Assembly: GCA_013239625.1 (NCBI GenBank)
Contig: MU053994.1
Location: forward strand, 1,181,775 to 1,245,774
Reading direction: 5' to 3'
Source: Lama guanicoe
Lineage: Eukaryota
DNA length: 64,000 bases
How positions within the stretch are numbered: the stretch's first letter is position 1; each line of letters begins with the position of its first letter. Of the stretch, positions 25,405 to 38,042 are shown piece after piece. The position numbers were made by a program, and so were the translations under genes. The notes under the pieces are model-generated. The model did not search any database. It worked only from the letters and a program-made list of their open reading frames with translations, and had not been told where the DNA came from.

Positions 25405-27880
25405 GGAACATTCTAGAAATGGCAGAGGAGTTCACTGTAGCTGGAACTCAGTGAGCAAAAGATGAGGGCCTAGAGGTAGTAGGGCAAGATCATGTAGGAT
25501 CTCGCAGGCCATGAAAAGGACTATGGATTTCATTCTGAATGAGCTAAGAGGCCACTGGAGGGTTTTGAGCAGGGAAGTAAAATGATCTGACTTATGTATT
25601 TAAAAAGAAAACTCTGGTTATTGTGCTGAGACGAGATTGTAGGGGTCAATGGTAGAAATGGGGGGGAAAAGTCAGGAGCCTGTTCAACCGTGCAAGTGAA
25701 AAATGATGGTAGATGGAACCCTGGTGGTAGTGGTGATTTCTGCTCACAAGTGCTTAGATTCTAGATATATTCTGCAGGTATAACTGATAGGATTTGAAGA
25801 TGGGTTGAATGTAGGATATAAGAAAAAGGAGAAGACTCAGGGTTGATACCAAGATTTTGGTCCTTAGCTATTTGAAGAATAGTGTTATTTTCTTCCCTGG
25901 GGAAGACCCCAGGGGGAGCAGATTTGGGTGAGGGAAACAGAGATTCTGGCTTAAGACATGTTAAGTTTGAGGAGCTTAGTTGACCTCCAAGAAGAGATGT
26001 TGGGGAAGCAATGGGGAAAAACAAGCCTGGAGTGCAGGAAGTCATCAAGGCAAGAGATTTAAATTTGGAAGCTCTCAGCAAATAGATGTTACTTAAGGAC
26101 CTGAGACTCAAGATGAGAACGTTACTCCGTTACTCCCTATGGGGAGTAAGTGTGGCCAGAGTAGAGAAGGGGTCCAAGCAGTAAATGCTAGATCACTCCA
26201 ACATTAGAAGTCAGGAAGATGAGGAGTAACCAGCAGAAGAGACTGAAAAGGAACATCAAGAAAAATAAGAAGAACAAAAAGGTCCTACTGTATAGCACAG
26301 GAAACTAAATTCAATATCTTGTAATAAACTATAATAAAAAAGAATATGAAAAAAATTTATGTATATATATGTATAACTGAATCATTATGCTGTACACTAG
26401 AAACTAACACAACATTGTAAATCAACTACAGTTCAATTAAAAAAAAGAAAACAAAAATAAAATTAAAAAAAAAAGAAACACAGGAAGAGATCCAAGAGGG
26501 TGTGGCCTCCTCAAGGCCTAGAGAAGAAAATATTTCCAGGAGGAGAAGTGGTGCTGATGGGTCAAGTCAAGGTGAGGTCTGAGAATTCATCTTGGACTTA
26601 CTTGTAGGGGGTCATTGGTGGCCTTGAGAAGATCAGTTTCAGTGGAATGGGGAGGATGTTAGAGGGAGCTCAAAAAGCAGAAGAGAGGAAGTAAAGAGAA
26701 CAAACAGAAAGAATTTGAGTTTTGCTGTAGGAGGGAGTGTAAAAATGGGGCAGTACCTGGAAGGGGGTGAAAGATCAAAGGAGGTTTTTGTTTCATCTGA
26801 TTTCTCATATCACGAGAAGCTTGCATACTGATGGGGCTTATCTAGTAAGATGGGCTAACTTAATGGTGTAGGAGAGGGCAGGAGGGGAGTCTTGAGTAGG
26901 TTCAGGGTTACGGGGGGATCCAGTTCACATACAGATTGTTTTGGCTTTAGCCAGGAGCATGGATAGTTCATCTACCCTGACAGGAGAAAAGATGGGGTAT
27001 ATGATCACAGATGCAGAGAGATTGGGATATCTGATGGCGGGGAGGGGTTATGGAAGTTCTCTTCTGATGACTTCTGTTTTCTCAGTAAAAAAAGCAAGAT
27101 CATTAGCTGAGTGAAGATGAAAAAGGGACAGTGGAGATTTGAGGAGAAGCAAGGTAGAGTGGAATAGTTGTTTTAGAGACTGAATGAATAGACTGACTAG
27201 GGAAATGTCATCGTTAGAGGCAGCATGTGATGCTGTAAGACCTACTGGGAATTTGTGGTCACAACTTTAAAGTGAGACCAGTCATCATGGAGCTGCCTCA
27301 GCTCCTGGTGTGCAGCTGCCGAGGGAGTGGAGAGGTGGATTTCAACAGCATTGGGTGTGAAGGAAAGAGATATATGAGGGACTGAGGTGGTTGAAGCGGT
27401 AGAAAAGGAAGTGGGTGTCATGATGGGATCAAACTCAGGTGAGGAGAGAAGTGAGGCTATGACGGTACTAAGTGGAGTGGGAAGCTGGGAGGCTCAGTGG
27501 ATAAATAAGAGCTCCCAGCAAGATACAAGAATGATTAGAGTCGGGGATTAGCGAGAGTGACTTGGAAAGGCAGGAAGTGGTCGTTGGAGACCAGAACACT
27601 TAAAATTGAGCTTATGTTGAAGACACAGTCATTAGTAATGAATGACCAGGTCTAGGATATGACCACAGAAATGAATGGCTGAGAAAGGGCAGGGACATAA
27701 TCCTTGGAGGAGAGAGGGTCAAAGATCTGGGAACCTAGAGAGTTGGAAGGATCATCTATGTTGAATATTGAAATCAGCAAGAATTATGATAGTTGCAGTG
27801 GTGGAGAGACAAGTAATCCAGGTGCTTAAATAATTCAAGGAAAAATGGGTGACTGGGAGATGTGTAAATGACAGCAACAA
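25405..27880 (-). mobile_element. Long L2 fragment (~2.3 kb) interrupted by L1
   Basis: Purine-rich antisense L2: gatcatgtagg...gccactggagggttttgagcagg...gacatgttaagtttgagg...aggtcattggtggccttg. Confidence 0.85.
26273..26474 (+). mobile_element. 5'-truncated L1 3' UTR nested in L2
   Basis: ggtcctactgtatagcacagg...tgtaaatcaactacagttcaattaaaa and A-tail; probable degenerate TSD aagaaaaataagaag / aagaaacacaggaag. Confidence 0.9.
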
Positions 27881-28814
27881 GGTGCTTTTTATACTCTAAC
27901 CTGTACTGTTTATTATTTTGCATATCTTTTTTTCCCCCACCTCCTCCCACCCTGTTCCCAACTAAGGATGCTGTGAGCTCCTGGAAGGAAGGGTCCATAT
28001 TGTTTTCATTTTTGTAGCTAAGCTAGTGCTTAGGCTACAGGTGTTGGTTACTTGATTGACAGAGAGAACAGGACCTTCTTTCCTCAGGCGGCTTCTAGAA
28101 TTTCTGAAACGTATGTCCAGATGTGCTTCAGCCCTCGTAGCAACCGCACTTCTAAAGATACTGCAACCAAGTCAACTCCCGGTTAGCAGTTAGATTCAGT
28201 GCTCAGTCAATGCATGTGTCCAAATTGAGGAGAGAGTGTCTTCAAATCGACTTAGGTATGGACCAAAGGTTAGGCCTGAATAAAATTGGGAAGTGGTCAC
28301 CATCATCTCTGAGGATTTTTGGTCTCACTACAAGCAAATTGCAGCACCCATTTCCCCACTTTTGGGACCTGACCACTGTATCACCTTGTATAATTTCTGC
28401 TGAAGTAGTGAGTTTCAAACCTAAGGCAATGACAGTCACCTGGGGGGAAGTGTGAACACTAGTAACTCCTGGTCTTTACCCTCATTAAAACAGGATCACT
28501 GGGGAAAGGCCCAGGAACCAGCATTTCTGATGCTTCTCAAGTGCTTGTCAGTAGCTCAAATTTGAGAAGCCCTGCACTACAGTGCTAGGTGGCAAGGTTG
28601 GACCTTTCCCAGGTGCTTTCATATTTTAACAGTGACCTCTTCCATGGGAGAGCACTTTTGAGTCCAAAGGAGCCAATTGCTGATGGTGGAACTGGGGGCC
28701 CCTGTCAGGATTCTATTAAGAAGCAGGGGGCTAGTCTGTGGCTGTTAAATTTTTTGAGTCAAGATAAAGTGCAGGAGATGCTACCTACCACGTGCAGTCA
28801 GGTTTGAATGGTCT

Positions 28815-28998
28815 CATGGTTCTCAACATGTGGTTCCCAGAGCAGCCACAGAAGGATCACCTGGGAACTTGTGCAAAATGCAGATTCTCAAGCCTCGCTC
28901 CAGACCCACTGAATTAAAAGGCCTGGGGCTGTTTTTCATTTGTGTTTTCACAAACCTGACAGGTGATTCTGATGCCCACTCACATTTGGGAAACACTC
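28815..28998. mobile_element. hAT-Charlie MITE, MER5-like
   Basis: tggttctcaac...atcacctgggaacttg...aaatgcagattctc...caggtgattctgatgc...tttgggaaacact. Confidence 0.8.
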
Positions 28999-30189
28999 TT
29001 CTTCCAGCCTGGGAGCCCAAGCCAGTCGGTGCCCCTTCCCACGTGACTGAGCTCTGTATAGGTTGAGCTCACTCACTCTGGATCTGAGAGCTTCTTCTGT
29101 CTGGTGCTCTGGGGTGTTTTGAGTGCGAGAGGTGCTTTGCTCTGAACTACGAGATTGTGTGTGGTAGCAATGGCGTCTGTGTGTTTGACACCACTGTGAT
29201 AGGTAGTGGGGCAAGGATGCTTGCAAAGGGGGACAGTTCTTCCTCTCCCCCAAACATCCTAAACTCTCCTCGTGGGTCTTCACCCCACGTTTACTCTCAG
29301 AACAGGTCTAGGGTAAGGTAATACATTCTGACGTGTCTATACAGCAAATCATTTGTTTTAACAAGCAGGGGTTGCCTTCCAACGAGCTTCATAAACAAGT
29401 CACCTCTTGGTTTGGATTTCAGTGCTAAAAGCCATAGGCTAATACCGCCCAGGAATTGACGGGACTATCTGACCACAGCCGTCCTTTTCTTAAAGAATGT
29501 CATTAATTTCAACAGACAGTGTAACACAGAAGTAGGAGTGTCCATCTTATGCAAAGTCACATACAAATGATTTGGAATTACTTCCTTTACTGCCTCGTTC
29601 ATTAGTCCAGAAGATAAGGGTTCCATTGAATTATACAGGAGTTTTACATTGGCTGTTGATTATTTTTAAACTTGTTCTATTATTTAAAAGTAATAGAGAT
29701 TGCACAGTTTTATATGATCTGATTTTTATTCAGATTTGAAAGTCGTTCACATCAAATTAAAATTCCTTTGGGCCCTTTAAAATGCCTTAAATTAAAGTTT
29801 ATGATTTAATAACTAAAGAGTACAGAGGGAATGCGAACTGACTTTCTGAATCGTCAGTGATATGGAAATTTCCAGAAGATTCACAGCCTCTCCAAATTAG
29901 CGTTTTCCTCTATTTAGCAGGCACTGTGGTGATGGGGGAGGATCTAGGACTGTAAGCCAAGATACTTGGGTTTCAGTCTAGGCTTTGCTGGAAGTGAGTT
30001 AGTGCAAAGAAAAGAGCTAAAATACTTGGTCACTCATTGTCCTTGAAGGACTTAAATCAGAGGGCAAACACAGAGGGGAAGGGAGGAAAAAAAATCAATG
30101 TATAAAAGGCTGGTGGTATCAAGCAAGTCCCAGTGAATGCAAACTGATGTGTACTTCACACAAATGATGCCTAGTTTTGGGGGAAAGAG

Positions 30190-30297
30190 CTTCCTATTTC
30201 CCCTCTCCCTTCCTTTCTTCTTTCCTCCCCCTTTCCTTGCTTCGTCCCTCATCTCCTTCTTTCCTCCTCTCCTCACTCCTCCCCTCCCCTCTCTTTT
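30190..30297. repeat. CT-rich low-complexity tract
   Basis: Almost pure pyrimidine run. Confidence 0.85.
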
Positions 30298-30377
30298 ATC
30301 AAACAACCCATATAACTGACCCACAGTCCATTAAACATGTCTTGGTTCCAGAGGTGTGAGAAGTACTGTCCATCCTT

Positions 30378-31180
30378 AGACCAGAGCTAGAGGGATGTCT
30401 GCCCTGGGTCCTGGGGCTTTAGACCCTTGCTAGTGAAAGTGTGGTCTATGGACCAGGAGCAGCAGCATCACCTGGGAGCTTGTTAGAAATGGAGACTCTT
30501 GAGTACCATTCCAGACTTAGGGAATCAGAACCTGAATTTTAGCCAGCTCCCCAGGTGATTCGGGTGAACATTAAAGTTTGAGAAGCATTGTATTATAGGG
30601 CCTCTCCTTTGGCCGTGCCCCTTTCCACCAAGCAAAATTCTGAAGGGCCGAGGGGATGTGCCCACTCAGAATCTCAGAACTAGAACGCTCTCTGGGTTCC
30701 TGGATCCCTAAATTCCCTACCCAAATCATGAGCCTACTTCCAAGGCCTACAGTGGGCGGACTGAACAGCCAGCACGCATTCCTCTAGGCCTGAGAAGCAG
30801 CCATATGTGGCTGTTTGGAGGGCGGAAGCAGGGATGTCTGTGGAAGAATCTCGGCGAAGCGGCTGAAATATCCACGTCCGCGATCGCCGCCACTCAGCGC
30901 AGGATGGCCCTGCGGCTGGGAAAGGGAGGTGGTGATTGAGTGCTAGCTCTCTCTGTTCCTCTGAATTACAGTGTGGAACTCCAATGAACCCCTGAATTCT
31001 AAATTCACACCTGGCCTTCCAAGTTGTTATGACAGTTTATTTGTCAAGAGAAGAGGAAAGAAGCTTTTTAATTTAAACATTTGTTAGCTTGATATATAAC
31101 TTTCAAACACTCAGACATATGGTACGTGGGCCTCCCTTTGTACTCTTGGCTCAGTTCTGCAGATGTTAGGGGCGAGCCTG
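30378..31180. mobile_element. hAT-Tip100-type element (MER115-like) with nested MER5A
   Basis: End gtgggcctccctttgtactcttgg...atgttaggggcgagcctg and internal ttctaaattcacacctggccttcc; name recalled, not computed. Confidence 0.55.
30425..30590. mobile_element. MER5A hAT MITE
   Basis: aaagtgtggtc...agcagcatcacctgggagcttgttagaaatg...ccccaggtgattc...aaagtttgagaagcattg. Confidence 0.9.
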
Positions 31181-31559
31181 CTCGTGATGGGGTGAAAGGA
31201 CATCTGAGGTTTTTCAGCACAGCACGCCCTGCTTGTCTTCTGGAGACACAAAGTTAGAGCGGCACATCTGCGTAGCTCTCTCCTGAAAGCTGTATTCCTT
31301 TGTGGGCTTGGAGACTCTTCCTAAACCTTGAAGCCTTCTATTTATGGCATTTCCTTTAGGATTTCCTTACAGGAGCTATTTATTCATCCTTTAATCAAGC
31401 CTTCCTCTGGCTTCTCTTCAAGTTCTCTCTCTCTTTTTTGTTTTTTTTTAAATAAATACAATATCTTTATTTGGCACTGGGTGTCCTGACATTTATTAGT
31501 TCCTTAGAAAACCAACCAAAAAAATCAGAACAAATTAATAAAGCTAAAGATCCAAGGGC

Positions 31560-31760
31560 CCCTCGTACACGGGGCAGAAACCGCCCTATCATCTCCCTTG
31601 TGCGCGTGCGCGTACGCATGCACGGGCGCGCGCGCAAGGACGGGCGCGCACGCACGCACGGGGGCGCACGCACGCACGGGGGCGCATCCACACACGGACC
31701 CGCGCAGACCCTCGCTACAGGTAAGAAGTTAATAAGCTTTGCGGAGTGCAGGCGGCGGGT
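31560..31760. promoter_or_regulatory. Small CpG island-like element with GC/CA alternating repeat; candidate promoter/first exon
   Basis: Dense CpG (gcgcgtgcgcgtacgcatgc, gcgcgcgcgc) in a CpG-poor window; ends at cag|gtaaga donor (31720/31721). Confidence 0.45.
31646..31686. repeat. 18-bp tandem repeat gcgcacgcacgcacgggg x2.3
   Basis: Identical units at 31646-31663 and 31664-31681, then a partial unit. Confidence 0.9.
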
Positions 31761-31999
31761 TCCTCATTTCTGCAATTTTAAGACTCTTCCCCAAAGAAGT
31801 AAGGGTGCCTCATATAGCTTGTAGGGTAGCAAGAGTGTGGTTGGCAGCTTTATTTTTCCTCTCAGAATGTCTCAGAAAATAACCCTGCGTCGGGCAATTG
31901 AAAGTGTCTTAGATTCAGTAAGATTCACTCTTTCTGGGGTCCAAGCTCATAATAGACGTAGCATTTTCTCAAAAGCGCCTGTTCAGTGCAGAGTGTAGA

Positions 32000-32150
32000 G
32001 CACAGGTCCTCCAACTTAGCACTCAGCACCTGGGGGTCTATCCCCGAAATTCTTCTTTGCCTTGGGGAGGCCCGGGAATCTGAATTTTTAGCAAACACCC
32101 CGGTGATTCTGATGGTGGTGGTTGGTAGGCCGCACTTGGAGAAATCTTGG
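32000..32150. mobile_element. MER5-like hAT MITE
   Basis: ggcccgggaatctgaatttttagcaaacaccccggtgattctgatg...cacttggagaaa. Confidence 0.7.
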
Positions 32151-33988
32151 TATGGAAAGAAGGTGGCGTCACAGTTCCTGCGGGGCCTTGTTCCGTTTAT
32201 ATTCCAGGTCATGGCTGTCAATTAGCTGTAGAGATGCTGGTGACTCACAAGTGGCTTGGAGCTCATGAAATTCCCTGCATTCAATTTAACAAATATTTAT
32301 TAGGCATAAGCTCTGCACGGAGAAATGTAATGGGCACTGGGAACCCACCAAAGTATAAGATATGACTCCAGTTTTAAGAAGCTTGAACTCCTCTTCTGTC
32401 TGTTAACATGAAGTCGGGAGTGTTGTTAATACAAGTTAGGAATATCCTGTTTTGCTTCATAGGCAGAGTCCTGTGTTGGAGAGAAAATAGGCAGGAAGCA
32501 ATACAGATAAACGATGCAATATCTATTAGTTAAGCACAATGTATTGAATGTATCTATAGTTACAAAATAAAACATTCTAACAATCCCAACTGCAATTACA
32601 ATAAATCTGTCTTAATCAAAAACCATCGATTTAAAGCCTAGTGAAAAAAATTTTAAACCACTAACAATGAACTTTTGAGCTCATGTGAAAGAATATTTAA
32701 AAGGAGCTATTACTAAGATGAAGTCTGTATAGCTACAATTATGTGATAATGGGTAAAATATTCACTTTAGGCTGTATTATCTGAATAAAGGAAGAAACCT
32801 TTTTAAAAAAATTTCTCTCTAGCCACTACCCAACTTGAATATCTGTGTTGTCCCCCAAATTCAGGGTAATCGTCTGGACTTGGCTTTCTTTGATCCTGCT
32901 TGAGTTTGGAATTAAAGATGTAAGCAATATCCTTTTTGTTAAATTCCACACATAGCTTCTGAGATCTAACGCACTACTTGACATCCCAGGACAAAGCATA
33001 GAAACCCACCTGGACACTTGTCAAGGTGTCTCTCACAAAGTTCATTGTGGAAGCTATAAGCCTCTGAGGAAGGGTTTGTTAATTAAATGCCTTTTAGTCA
33101 TAAGGTTTAATGAGACTGCTTTTAAGATATACTGGGAAATTAATGGGATATCTATTTTCTTTTCACACCCTCCCCTGCCACATACACCAGTCCCCGGCTT
33201 CTATCTCAGAAAAATCAAAGCTGGGTTTGTGATTTATTATCAAACTGGAGCTAATGATTAAAAGCCCCTCCCAGGCTGAAGTCTGGGGAGGAGGGATTCT
33301 ACCCGTGTTCTCTAGGAAGAGGAGGATAAATTTCTCATTTACAGAATTGTACCTAAACTGTGGAAAATTGTCCACTGTTGTCTGAGAACTGCCCAATCCT
33401 CCAGTTCTCCACTCCCTGCCTCCCCTGCTGCTACTTTTCTTACCTCTGGTCAATACTCAGAAGAGACTGAAATGGCCTTAAGTTGAAATTCTGGCCCTCA
33501 AAGCAGATTTCAGACATGGGCACCATCTTGCTTTTGGAACTATGAAATAAAACCACATTCGACCCTGACCCCTACGGAGGGCCTCTCTTTTGAATGCTCT
33601 GGGCAGTGCACGTGTCTTATCACACCAGTCAGATAATCTGTTATTTCAAGTGCGAGGCCCTGAAAGCAGTCCCAAGCCTGGCATTTTGCTGCTCTTTCAT
33701 TGATAGGAGATCACTGTTGCATCGGAGATTTTGAGCCAGGAAGTCCCATTCTCAGGCCATCTGGCTGGGCACATGAGCTTCCTGCACAAAGGCCTGTGAC
33801 TGACTGGGGGACGCAGTGGGGCTGGCCTTCATTTTGCACCACGAGTAGCCTTTTCTAGTTCACACCTGCCAACAAAGCGGCCAAGAGGGTGATTTAGGAA
33901 GTAGAAAAAGGTGAAAAGGCAGCAGGCTGAGCCAGCTGTCCCAGCTTTCCTCTTTTTCCCGCCCCTGATGGCTTGCATTTTCTCCCAG

Positions 33989-34086
33989 ACAGCTGCCATT
34001 TTGTTCTTCCAGCCACTCTCAAGAATTTCAACAAGGGCAACTTCTCTGCTTGTCAGAGGCGAAGGGAAATGAACATGATTCTGGGA
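33989..34086 (+). other. Candidate 98-nt exon of unidentified transcript
   Basis: ccctgat...ttttctcccag acceptor and gga|gtaagt donor; ends ATG AAC ATG ATT CTG GGA; no transcript evidence. Confidence 0.3.
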
Positions 34087-34976
34087 GTAAGTGCCACCTC
34101 TTTGAGGAGTAACACAGCCATGTGACATGTAAGTGGGGCGGGGGTGTGAGTTGGGTGGGGAAAGGGTATGAGTTGGGGGTGAGAGAGGGTCCAATCTAAA
34201 GTCAACAAAATCCAGTTTTCCTCCCTCAACTTTACACTCTCTCGTTTTCCTGGGTTGTATATTATCTGCGCGTACGTACACACACACACGCACACAGTCC
34301 CAGGGCAGGAGTTCTCTTCACAGTACTCCTTGTTTATGGCCATTCAGACTCTGCTTAAATGCTTCCAGTGATGGGGATCTCATTCTCTTGTGAGGTTGCT
34401 CATTACTCTCCATTCGTACACATGTCCCAGGTCCCCACTTGTAGGCAATAGGTTTAATGTCAGTGAGCTCAGCCAGCCCAGACCCTCTGAGGAGCACAGG
34501 CTTGGATTAAAAAGGCTTTGACCTTTAATATGAAATGGTGAACCCAGCTGTCCTCCTGGTCCACCACTCTCTGGCCTGGATAGCTGTTAATTCTTAGGGA
34601 GCCTAATGCTCTGGCCTTTGTGTGTTTAATGTAAACAACTCTATTGTGCTTTAAATTCTGTTACAACCATATCTGCTTCTCATCTTTGCTGAAAGTGGTG
34701 TTCTCCTGGTATTTCTTTGGGTTCAGCTAGCCCAGGTGGAGAGTCTTTATGAAACTGAAGAGAGGTACATTTTCAAATGAAATGAAGGCAGATGGAAGCT
34801 GGAGTCATAGAAAGGACATTCAAATTGGATTTTCCCAGAGAGACTTCGAGACTATAATACCCATTTGCCACGTTTTCTGTTTAATTTCCTCAGGCGTTTG
34901 TTTTGCTCAGTTCTCCTCTAGGCTGTCTCAGCTGTTTTTCACTGATGGTTCTGAGGACATTTCTGCTGCAAGAATT

Positions 34977-35473
34977 TATCAGCTAGGACTCTTCCTAAGT
35001 GTCAAAAAACCCAGCTCCAGCTGTCTTAAGGGAAAATTAGAGAAAGTACTGGTTTACATAACCGAGAAGTTCAGTGTGGAGGCTGGCTTTAGGTGAGGCT
35101 TGATTCAGGGGCTCCAGGGCTGTCACCAAGACCCTTTTCTCTCCGTCTGGAGGCTCAGCCTCGCTCTCCTCTATCCATTGGCTAGATTCTCAGATTTCAC
35201 AAGGTGGTAGGGCACCGGCAGGGGCGTCTCATTATTTTCTCAGTTCCAAATCTTGCTAGGGCAGTCAGAGGGAAGCTTGAGACTTTGACAGCAGCTTCCA
35301 GCAAGTGACTCCCTCTCTCTTTCTCTTCTACACCCTAGTGTGAGAGGTGGAACCCCGCCCAGACCATTTGGACTTAGGCTTGAGGGAGGGATCTGTGCCC
35401 AAGCAGAAATGTGGGTTGTTCCTGGAAGAGGGGATAACAGATGCTGGGAGGCAAATTGAACATGTCTGTAACA
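34977..35473 (-). mobile_element. MaLR solo LTR (MLT1K-like)
   Basis: cagctaggactctt...ggctttaggtgaggcttgattcaggggctcc...gatgctgggaggcaa. Confidence 0.7.
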
Positions 35474-35754
35474 GGGGCAGCTATCAGTTTTCTTCTTGAA
35501 TGATTCTGCCCCCTCCGTATGACTCGCATATACATATACATAGGAAATAGCCAGCACTGGAAGCTGTAGCTTCAGACACAAGAGGGATATATCAGGAGCT
35601 TTCTTGGAATAGAACGACAAGAAGAGTTTTGAAATCAGTACCAAGGAGGGGAATAGAGGATATTCCACTCTGGGTGGCCGGAGAGGAGGAAAATGAGGAG
35701 AATCAGAGGACACAGTGTGTAAGTGGTTTGGCCACAGTATCCTCCAAAACTATA

Positions 35755-36010
35755 TAATAATAGCAATACTTTGCAATAATGCACATTGAGTGTAATTCTG
35801 GTTTCTGTCCAGGTACTTTACATGTAGTAAATCATGTAATCCACACAACAACCCTATGAAGTCAATCAGTTATTATCATCATCATCCCCATTTTACAGAT
35901 AAGGAAGTCAAAGCCCAGAGAAGTCCAGCAATTTGCCCAAGATCATAGAGCTAGTAACCGGCAGAACGAGGATGTAAACTTTGATAGCCTTTAACCCCCA
36001 CTTTATAGTG
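35755..36010 (-). mobile_element. MIR SINE
   Basis: acaaccctatga...ccccattttacagataaggaa...tttgcccaagatcatagagctagt. Confidence 0.85.
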
Positions 36011-36289
36011 TCCCTAATGAGTACACAGAAATGGCAATACTCTGGTGGCTCCAGGGATAGGAATATGGCTGAAGGAGTGGCTGAGCCATTCTCTAGAGCT
36101 GGTAGAGAACTTAGAAGCAGGACAGAAGAACAGAAGAAGGAAACTTCATTTCTTCACGACAGAGATAAGAAGATAATTATGCCCCATACAGCACAATAAA
36201 GTATCAAGCTTGCCGTGTAATAGGTGAAGTGTCAGGAAGTGCAGAGAGTGGATTAACTCTGGGTGTTTTGCCAGGCTAACTACTAACTT

Positions 36290-36430
36290 TAGAGTGTGAC
36301 TGTGGATGAATCACTAAACCTCCCTGTGCCTCAGTCTCCTCTGTGAAATAGGGATGACTGTGCCTCACCTCCCTTATTGTATCATTATGGAGATGAGACA
36401 AGATAATGTGAGATGAAACACTTTGTATAG
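36290..36430 (+). mobile_element. MIR SINE
   Basis: tgtgac...tcactaaacctccctgtgcctcagt...ctgtgaaataggg. Confidence 0.7.
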
Positions 36431-36539
36431 AGAATTCCCAGTCATAACTGTGCTTTCTATAGGCACTTAAAAGCTTATTTGTAATAATTTATGGCATTGT
36501 CATTGAGGTACTTTTATTAAAGAAAAGCCTGTTTTTCTA

Positions 36540-37185
36540 AAGAGTATTATACAATCTTCTAGAAATAACTTACATTTTTAAAATTACATGTTCAATGTAG
36601 ATAATTTCAGAAACAAAAATGAACATAAAAAGAGGAAAACAATAAAATTGCCCGGAAAAATCTACTCAACATTTTGGTTAATTTTTTTTTCAGTTCATTT
36701 TCTATGCCTACCTGTGCTTTTTTTAAAGCAAATAATGTTTCAATTTAATATTTTATCTTATATACATACACTGTCTTTACTCTTTTGCAAGCCACTTTTT
36801 TCCTGTTTATTAGAGATTTATTTCCTTGTCATTAATCTTGTACAACAGTGACTTCGAAATTTTTGGACCATGATCCACAGTAAAAAAAAATACATTTACA
36901 TTGCTACTCAGTAAATGCAGACACACACATGCACACACTCATACATATAATTGCCTGATACTTGCCATTACTATATATAGTGTACTCTGATATTTTCTCT
37001 TCTGTATTAAAATGAAATAATATAGAATAGATAGAATACACTATTTCATGATTTACTAGTTGATTATATGACCCACATATAAATCACAATTTGTAGTTTG
37101 AAAAACACTAAGATTTGTGGAGGTATACCATAATTATCTAACATATCTCCCATTGTTGGACTTTTATATTTTTCTTATATTTTGC
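36540..37185 (-). mobile_element. Old L1ME 3' fragment split by a hAT MITE
   Basis: aacattttgg...tgtcattaatc and, after the MITE, taccataatt...tcccattgttggac. Confidence 0.45.
36846..37109. mobile_element. hAT-Charlie MITE
   Basis: TIR-like ends cagtgacttcgaaat / agtttgaaaaacact; internal gatccacagtaa..aaatacattt. Confidence 0.6.
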
Positions 37186-37700
37186 CATTCATTCCTTCGT
37201 TCATTAAATTGTTCAAGAAATATGTGTGGAGTCCCTACTATGTACCAGGCACTGTTCTTGGTGCTGGGAACACAGGGGTGAACTAGACAGATGAGATCCC
37301 CATGTTATTGCACTTACAACCTCTGGGGGTAGGGAAACAGGCAATGCACATATCTACAGACCAGAAAACACTAAGATAATGTGATGAGGAGTGATGAGGT
37401 GGGAGCTATTTTAGGTGACAGTTGGGAAAGGCCTCTCTGAGGGGTGGGATTTAAATGGGTATGTCATTTCCAAGAAGATATTGTTGAACTACATCCTGAG
37501 AAGATGTAGGGTAAGAGAATCTAGGTTGGGAGATTCTAATCTAAGGTGGTCAAGAGCTTGGCATGTTTGAGGATCAGGAGAATGGCTAGTGTAACCCCAG
37601 AAAAGTGAGCATGGTGGAAAAGGGAGGGTCATATAGGATGAGGTTGAAAAGGTTAGTAGGGGTCAGATTATCCAGGACCTTCTACTGCAAACATGCTCCA
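37186..37700 (-). mobile_element. L2 3' region
   Basis: cattcatt...cctactatgtaccaggcactgttct...ggaaaggcctctctgagg. Confidence 0.8.
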
Positions 37701-37934
37701 TCTTTGTTTACATCCACATGTATGTCTTGAGGGAAAAGCTTGAAAAGCATCTAGAATAGCAATAGGTGTGAGCAGGGACATTGGGTGGTAGAGAGACTGA
37801 GAAGGCGACATGTTTTTCTGAATGAAGGCTTCTGTGCTAAAGAGGATCCAAGTTCTGTTGGAAGAGCATGGCCCTGGCACAGCACCTTGCTCTGTCCCAA
37901 GTAGATCTTCCATGGGGGATTTTAACTTCCCAGA

Positions 37935-38042
37935 AAATAGGGTCTTTGTCTAATTCACTGCCATGTCCTCAGCACTAGCACAATGCTTGACCCATAGTAG
38001 GTGCTCAGTAAATATTTATGAAGCAAACACGTGAATAAATGG
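37935..38042 (+). mobile_element. L2 3' terminus
   Basis: ctagcacaatgcttgacccatagtaggtgctcagtaaatattt. Confidence 0.8.

Noticed and set aside
31471..31824. 117-aa Arg-rich ORF with ARTHGG repeats
   Set aside because: By-product of the GC minisatellite; TTG start; no recognisable homology
33829..34293. 154-aa minus-strand ORF containing aaaATGGCAGC
   Set aside because: GTG start in a GT repeat and no homology recognised; the internal ATG motif is equally explained as a YY1 site
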